Assembly (NCBI GenBank): GCA_963826525.1
Contig: CAWGXH010000004.1
Location: 1,504,001 to 1,568,000, forward strand
DNA: 64,000 nt
Reading direction: 5' to 3'
Origin: an uncultured Methanomicrobiaceae archaeon
GTDB lineage: Archaea > Halobacteriota > Methanomicrobia > Methanomicrobiales > Methanoculleaceae
In this document: piece after piece, positions 58,455-64,000 of the stretch
Position numbering within the stretch: position 1 is the stretch's first letter
Layout of the letters: each line of letters opens with the position of its first letter
Position numbers and translations under genes: made by a program
Notes under the pieces: generated by a model
Database searches by the model: none
What the model was told of the DNA's origin: nothing
Seen by the model: only the letters and a program-made list of their open reading frames with translations

Positions 58455-58930
58455 AGATGACCTTGGTGCTGACGGACTACATAACCATATGCAATTCGCC
58501 CGAACCGGCTAGCGTGAGCCTGATTACAGGCATATGTGCTCTCTTTTTCCAGAATATCCCATAAAAAGGGCCATTATTGGATTCGCTCCGCATTTCTTCG
58601 CCCGCTCATGCTCGATTACATGCCCGTTACATACCTGGAAAGACAACATATGGGGAGGTATGACAATACAGAGTCCGATCCGGAGTTTTTCGGATACGGG
58701 AGATCCAGACTCAGTCTACCGTGATGTACATACACCCAGTAGTGTACTGATTACATACCCGTTACATATCGGAAACCAATCACAATTGACGTATTCCCGG
58801 AAATCCCTGCAAAATAGTTTTTTCTGATCGGCTGCAGCCCGATCTGTACATGTGGATTACATACTTCATGCCCAGTAGGGAACATATCTTCTTGACCTGT
58901 TTGATCGAGTCTCCGGGTCCTGCAACCGGA

Positions 58931-59128
58931 TCAGACCCGTTTCAATAGTATCACTGATAATGCGCGATGCAATAGGGTAATTCGTATCGTCGATACCCAG
59001 TCGCGATCCGCATCGTCGCGGGTGAGTATGTCCGTGGCCAATGCTTTCTGGACGGCTGTGCTGGCGTAGTTTTTATTGACAGGATGGAACTCTCTGTCCG
59101 TTTGGGTTGGTGCTGTGAACGTTCCCAT
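58931..59128 (-). pseudogene. N-terminal remnant of a site-specific integrase
   Basis: Starts ~55 bp from the att/tRNA end; FHPVNKNY...LTRDDA resembles my recollection of Methanomicrobiales integrase N-termini; no catalytic domain present. Confidence 0.5.
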
Positions 59129-59191
59129 GCAAGGGAGGTCAGAATAGAGACTTATAAACGTTTGGCGAGAGATCCGAACCTGAAAACGGAA

Positions 59192-59266
59192 TGCTGCTAT
59201 GGGGATTCGAACCCCAGTCGAGGGAGTGAGAGTCCCTCATGATTGGCCGGACTACACTATAGCAGC
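59192..59266 (-). tRNA. tRNA-Glu (CTC)
   Basis: GCTGCTA acceptor stem; GAGGGA-CTCTCAC-TCCCTC anticodon arm; GGGGTTCGAATCCCC T arm. Confidence 0.97.
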
Positions 59267-59449
59267 ACAGGTGTTGTGCTCTATATTGTTGGATCCTGTT
59301 GTACTTAAATCTATTCATTTCTGCGCGATGTGCAATCTCGCCGGGAATATGGCGTTAGGGAGAGAAGCGGCGCCGGAACGGCCTTGGCTCGCCGATGCCC
59401 ATCACAGGCACCAATAAGTAGCTCCCGATCATACGTATATGAACCTACA

Positions 59450-60562
59450 ATGAGCAGTGTTGAAGAGCAGATACGGGAAATTGAAGACGAGCTGAAGAAG
59501 ACCCCGTACAACAAAGCAACCTCGAAGCATATCGGAAGGCTGAAGGCAAAACTCGCCAGGATTCGCGACGAAGCCGTAGCCCGTGCCATGGCATCGAGCG
59601 GCGGCGGCGAGGGCTTTTCGGTTAAAAAATCCGGAGACGCGACGGTCGTCCTCGTCGGATTCCCGTCGGTCGGTAAGAGTACGCTGCTCAATACACTCAC
59701 CGGCACGAAGAGCGAGACGGCATCGTATGCCTTCACGACCCTGACGGTGATCCCGGGCGCCCTCGAACACAAAGGTGCGAGGATCCAGGTTCTCGACATT
59801 CCCGGGCTGATCGCGGGCGCGGCGATCGGCAAGGGGCGCGGAAAGGAGGTCATCGCCGTCGTGAGGGGCGCGGATCTCATCCTGGTTTTGGTGGATGTTT
59901 TCAACGAAAAGCACGTGGACGTGCTGCTCCGCGAACTCTACGACGCCGGCATCCGGATCAACCGCCCGAAGCCCGACATCACCATCAAGAAGGCGGGGTG
60001 CGGCGGTGTCCGGCTGAATACCGTCGGTACGGCGGAGCTCGATATCGAGGATATCCGGTCTATCCTTGCGGAGACCAGAGTCGTCAATGCGGATGTCCTG
60101 ATCCGCGGCGAGGTAACGCAGGACGACTTCATCGACGCCATGTTCGGGAACCGTGTCTACGTCCCTGCGTTCATCGCGGTCAATAAGGTCGATCTCGTCG
60201 ACGAGGAGTCCCGAAAGGAGATCGAAGAGGATATGGAGAACCGCTTCGGACAGCCCCCGATCATGCTCTCGGCGTACAGCGGCTACCATATCGAAGAACT
60301 CAAGGATGCAATCTACGACAACCTCGGGTTCATGCGGGTCTTCTTAAAGCCCGTCGGCGGGCCGGCCGACATGGACGAACCGCTCATCATCCGGACCCCG
60401 GCAACGGTGGAGGATGTCTGTAACCGGCTCCACCGCGACTTCGTAGAAAAGTTCAGGTACGCAAAAGTCTGGGGAAGTTCGGTCAAGCACGATGCCCAGC
60501 GTGTCGGTCTTGCCCATTCGCTGGACGACGGGGATGTCCTGACGGTCGTCACTCGTTGCTGA
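59450..60562 (+). CDS. DRG/OBG family GTP-binding protein with TGS domain
   Basis: YNKATSKH, GFPSVGKS, FTT, DIPG, NKVD; C-terminal TGS. Confidence 0.95.
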   Translation: MSSVEEQIREIEDELKKTPYNKATSKHIGRLKAKLARIRDEAVARAMASSGGGEGFSVKKSGDATVVLVGFPSVGKSTLLNTLTGTKSETASYAFTTLTVIPGALEHKGARIQVLDIPGLIAGAAIGKGRGKEVIAVVRGADLILVLVDVFNEKHVDVLLRELYDAGIRINRPKPDITIKKAGCGGVRLNTVGTAELDIEDIRSILAETRVVNADVLIRGEVTQDDFIDAMFGNRVYVPAFIAVNKVDLVDEESRKEIEEDMENRFGQPPIMLSAYSGYHIEELKDAIYDNLGFMRVFLKPVGGPADMDEPLIIRTPATVEDVCNRLHRDFVEKFRYAKVWGSSVKHDAQRVGLAHSLDDGDVLTVVTRC

Positions 60563-61664
60563 TTACGCTTTTTACCACCGGGAGCGGCGCATCGGTCTTC
60601 AGCGCCGTCCCCGCATAGTGCGCCCTGCTTGCCCGGTAGCCGAGCGCGGAGAGCCGCTCGACCACCGTCTCGATCCCGGTCGGCGAGACCTTCTCCGCTT
60701 TTGCAATCACGTGGTAGTCGTAGTGGCTCGAGGTGTCGAGCTCGTGAGCGCAGAGATCGATGAGCCGTGCAAGCGGGGCTGCCGACCCGAGCGCCATCCC
60801 TGAAAGCCTCTCCCGCAGGGCGGCGAGGGTGGCAGGATCGTTGATCCGTCCGAGCCAGAGCGGGCCTATCGGCACCATCCTTGTGGAGCAGCAGCCGCAC
60901 TGCGCCGGCTCCGGAAGGAGCCCTGCCGCTTCCGTCCGTTCGAAGCAGTCGGGACACTGCATGATGTATCCCATCCTCGCAAGAGTGCGGTCCGCCGCGC
61001 CTGCTCCGCGCAGGAGCCGGAGATGGAGGCGGATGAAGTGCTCTCGGGAGAAGCAGAAGATCGGCTCCACCCCTCGGTCGTACTTGATCACCTCCCGGAC
61101 GGCGAACCCCATCAGTATCCGGAGAGCGACCTCGCCGTGGTACTCCGTATTCATGGGGCGAGCAAAGTAGCGCCGCATGCCCGCTTTCAAGTGCGCCCCG
61201 CAGAGCGGTGCGGTGTCGGTTGCGGTGACGAAGAGGTACCGCCGGGCACTGCGGGCTGCGGCATCGATGAAAGGTGCCGGTGTTCCGAAGGGGTCAAGAT
61301 CGACAGCGTCGAAGCTCCGGTTACTCATGAGCGCATTGACGTCCTGGTGGGTAACTTCAATCTGTCCGTCGCGATCCGAGGCGTTCCGGCGAATGAGATC
61401 GACCGCCCGCACATCGCGGTCGTTGATCGTCACCGGGATGCCGCACTCGTGGGAGACGCGAATCCCCCGCACTCCCGAGGCGCCCATGGCGTCCAGGTAG
61501 TCCGATGGTTCCACCTCCGAAAGAAACAACACCGTCGCATCCCGGTTCAGTTCCATCCGGGGATTGAAAAAGACCGGGCCGCTACCGGGCGGGAATGTAT
61601 GGTGAGGATCTTGCCTGGGCACAAGAAATCGTGTACTCCCCTCCGTAACCTCGACAAAATCCAT
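60549..61664 (-). CDS. trm1: tRNA (guanine26-N2)-dimethyltransferase
   Basis: VFFNPRMELNRD, SGVRGIR, DLDPFGTP, VTATD and GPLWLG. Confidence 0.93.
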   Translation of the reverse strand: MDFVEVTEGSTRFLVPRQDPHHTFPPGSGPVFFNPRMELNRDATVLFLSEVEPSDYLDAMGASGVRGIRVSHECGIPVTINDRDVRAVDLIRRNASDRDGQIEVTHQDVNALMSNRSFDAVDLDPFGTPAPFIDAAARSARRYLFVTATDTAPLCGAHLKAGMRRYFARPMNTEYHGEVALRILMGFAVREVIKYDRGVEPIFCFSREHFIRLHLRLLRGAGAADRTLARMGYIMQCPDCFERTEAAGLLPEPAQCGCCSTRMVPIGPLWLGRINDPATLAALRERLSGMALGSAAPLARLIDLCAHELDTSSHYDYHVIAKAEKVSPTGIETVVERLSALGYRASRAHYAGTALKTDAPLPVVKSVISNE

Positions 61665-61733
61665 ATGGTCAACACATGTGGATGTTCGATACGCTTATAC
61701 CTTTTTGTGAGAAACTACTATGCTCGCATCCCG

Positions 61734-61808
61734 GGGCTTGTGGCCTAGCCCGGACATGGCGTCAGCCTCCTAGACTGAATGTCGGGGGTTCAAATCCCCC
61801 CAAGCCCG
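61734..61808 (+). tRNA. tRNA-Arg (CCT)
   Basis: GGGCTTG/CAAGCCC acceptor stem; TCAGC-CTCCTAG-ACTGA anticodon arm; GGGGGTTCAAATCCCCC T arm. Confidence 0.9.
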
Positions 61809-62104
61809 CTCTTTACTTTCTGCTTTCACTGTTTTCCGACCGGAGCGTCCCCGTTCATCATCACCGCCTCCCGGAGCCTTCCTGTTTGAAGCTCTCCCTC
61901 TGCTATCCCGGATGTGCCCGTCTCCCGGCATGACGGAGAGCAGAGGGTGTATATGAGATTCAGTGCACCCGGAACCTGCCATTCGATACACCGGCGGTAT
62001 GCGGCCGTCCGGAGCTGGTGAGCGAGCACCGCCGGGTCGATGGCATCGGGGGGACAGACCCCCCACCTATTTATCTCCCGCCGTAGAACCCTCTCTACCG
62101 TATA

Positions 62105-62944
62105 ATGAGCCTGCCTGCACATTTCCGCATAACACGCCCTCATAATGCCGTTGTTGCCGGTCTCGCTGCCGCCCTCGGCTACCTGATCGCCACGGGGAGT
62201 CTCACTCCCGGAGTGCTCCTGCTGGTGGTGGTTGTCGCATGCATCACCGCCGGCGGCAACGTTCTCAACGACGTCTTCGATATCGAGATCGATCGGATTA
62301 ACCGGCCTGAACGGCCGATTCCGTCCGGTGCGGTAAGCCTCAACGGCGCACGGCTATTTGCCGGCCTTCTCTTTCTGGTGGGAGTCGCCGCCTCGCTCTT
62401 CACTAATATCCTCTGTCTTGGATTTGCGGTCGTCAATACCCTTATCCTCATCGCCTATGCAGTCCGGCTCAAGAAGACCCCGCTCTTCGGGAACATCGCT
62501 GTCGCGTACCTCGCGGCGAGTATCTTCCTCTTCGGCGGCGCCTTCGCCGGTATCGACGGCCTTGTGCAGAACCTGCCGCTCGCAGGTATCACGTTCCTTG
62601 CCACTGTTGCCCGCGAACTCTTAAAGGATGCCGAGGATGTTGACGGCGATGCGGCAGGTGGGGCTCGTACCCTCCCCATGATCGTCGGTATCCGAAAGAC
62701 CGCGCTCCTTGCATTCGCCTGTGTGTGCGGGGCGGTGATCGCAAGTTATCTTCCGGTCGGGAACTGGTGGGGACTCTTCTACCTGATCGGCATCGGCGTC
62801 GTGGATCTCATCATTCTCGCCGGTGCAGGGAAGGGGCTGTTCTGCGAGACCCCGGCCTGTGTCCGGAGTTCGGAGGCGACGTCGCTCCTCCGGATTGGCA
62901 TGTTCTCCGCCCTTCTGGTCTTCACCGTCGCCGCACTCATCTGA
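62105..62944 (+). CDS. Digeranylgeranylglyceryl-phosphate synthase (UbiA family)
   Basis: NDVFDIEIDRINRPERPIPSG and RELLKDAEDVDGD motifs. Confidence 0.93.
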   Translation: MSLPAHFRITRPHNAVVAGLAAALGYLIATGSLTPGVLLLVVVVACITAGGNVLNDVFDIEIDRINRPERPIPSGAVSLNGARLFAGLLFLVGVAASLFTNILCLGFAVVNTLILIAYAVRLKKTPLFGNIAVAYLAASIFLFGGAFAGIDGLVQNLPLAGITFLATVARELLKDAEDVDGDAAGGARTLPMIVGIRKTALLAFACVCGAVIASYLPVGNWWGLFYLIGIGVVDLIILAGAGKGLFCETPACVRSSEATSLLRIGMFSALLVFTVAALI

Positions 62945-63062
62945 CTGCGGGCGCACGACCCGGACGCCTACAGAGAGGCCGGCAGCCTTCAACGCATTTT
63001 CTTTGACGACCGGAGAATGAAAATTTATTATGTTCCCGCTACGAGGTTACTAGGAGATATTC

Positions 63063-63473
63063 ATGAAAATTTACCGGCACGGGGATACATACATCGCATC
63101 GAAGGGCTCGTTCTTCGACGGCAACGTCAGGATCGACGGCAACTTCATCGTCCCCCCGGAGACCCATTTCTGGGGCAACCTCATCGTGGAGGGCAGCCTC
63201 GAGCTTGGCCCGCTCTCGACGGTCGGAGGACGGGTGGAGAGCAAAAGCATCGTGATCGGCCACGATGCAAAGATAAAAGGCCCCGTCGTCGTGACGGAGG
63301 ATGCGACTATCTGCGATAACGCACGGCTTTTCGCCATACGTGCCGGGGGCGACATCATCCTCCGCCCGGGGGTCGTCGTCGGTGACGTCAGCAGCGATGA
63401 GACGATCTATGTGTATGGGAAGATAGCGAGTGAACGCCTAGTCGGCAGAGCTGTAAAGGTGTACGGAACCTGA
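63063..63473 (+). CDS. Polymer-forming cytoskeletal (bactofilin-like) beta-helix protein
   Basis: Repeated V/I-x-G-x-V beta-helix pattern. Confidence 0.7.
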   Translation: MKIYRHGDTYIASKGSFFDGNVRIDGNFIVPPETHFWGNLIVEGSLELGPLSTVGGRVESKSIVIGHDAKIKGPVVVTEDATICDNARLFAIRAGGDIILRPGVVVGDVSSDETIYVYGKIASERLVGRAVKVYGT

Positions 63474-64000
63474 CGGCAGGTCGAGGCCGAGCATTGCCGC
63501 CTCGAAGACTTCATTCCAGTTCACCATCGTCTCCACGCACCCGTCTTTTAAGTTCACGACGCCGAGAGCCGGTATCCCCATCCGGTCACACATCTCGAGC
63601 CCCTCTTTTATCTCCATCAGGCATCCGACGCCGATAATGCCCTTCGGGTGGTACTGTTTGACCATCCGTTTGATGAAGGTCGACCCGGGAACGATGAAGA
63701 CCTGGTATTCCACTTCCTCGAGGCGCCGGTTCAGTTCGCCGATGCCGCACTTTCCGCACCGCATGCACCGGAGCCCCTCCGGCGTCAGGTTTGCCGGACA
63801 CCGGGACGATCGCAGGCACTGCGGGAGGAAGACTGCCCTCTTGTCGAGAGGAATCGCGGCGAAGGCTCTGGTATTCATCGCGTTATGGAGTTTGATAAAG
63901 AACGTCAGCAGATCTTTATCGTCGATCCCGAGAAGTTTGCAGATCGCCCTGACCAGCCCCTCCATCAGCACCATGCCGGGTTTCAGGATCCGCGGGAAGT
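63438..64000 (-). CDS. DUF116 family Cys-rich protein (start beyond window)
   Basis: FLPQCLRSSRCPA, CMRCGKC, IVPGST and IIGVGC. Confidence 0.85.
   Translation of the reverse strand, partial: FPRILKPGMVLMEGLVRAICKLLGIDDKDLLTFFIKLHNAMNTRAFAAIPLDKRAVFLPQCLRSSRCPANLTPEGLRCMRCGKCGIGELNRRLEEVEYQVFIVPGSTFIKRMVKQYHPKGIIGVGCLMEIKEGLEMCDRMGIPALGVVNLKDGCVETMVNWNEVFEAAMLGLDLPSGSVHLYSSAD

Larger units (their letters stand above)
13610..59202. mobile_element. ~45.6-kb genomic island integrated at tRNA-Glu(CTC)
   Basis: 20-bp terminal direct repeats overlapping the tRNA 3' end; integrase remnant; cdc6 paralogs, ardC, HNH and accessory cargo. Confidence 0.75.

Noticed and set aside
13610-59202. Intact provirus or conjugative element
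   Set aside because: No recognisable terminase, portal, capsid, VirB4/relaxase or complete integrase
59199-59417. 72-aa ORF, and similar ORFs at 61676-62145
   Set aside because: They overlap tRNA genes or the start of the UbiA-family gene and have no coding features

Overview
GC-rich archaeal DNA most consistent with a Methanomicrobiales methanogen (Methanoculleus-like; inferred from the S-layer family, DGGGP synthase, Trm1 and gene style). 1-13.5 kb holds housekeeping and accessory genes: PQQ-type propeller, FKBP PPIase, ADP-forming acetate-CoA ligase, SOD, S-layer protein plus dockerin-like protein, M3 peptidase and an MFS transporter. 13.6-59.2 kb is a ~45.6-kb genomic island bounded by a 20-bp direct repeat that includes the 3' end of tRNA-Glu(CTC), with a decayed integrase-like 5' end beside each repeat copy. 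The island carries two Cdc6/Orc1 paralogs; a DUF2080/ArdC cassette bracketed by ~280-300-bp structured inverted repeats (third partial copy at 22.3 kb); about ten PAS/histidine-kinase/response-regulator genes that look module-shuffled; a 17-bp VNTR in a CheB/CheR remnant; a large HEAT-repeat gene; a multi-copy unknown gene with a conserved 3' flank; kdpABC plus a kinase-less kdpD; two trkH; DUF475; and a low-GC HNH nuclease. 59.2-64 kb is core: tRNA-Glu, DRG GTPase, trm1, tRNA-Arg, DGGGP synthase, a bactofilin-like gene and DUF116. Single-base frameshifts are frequent and may partly be sequencing error. Family calls come from motif recognition only; no searches were run.
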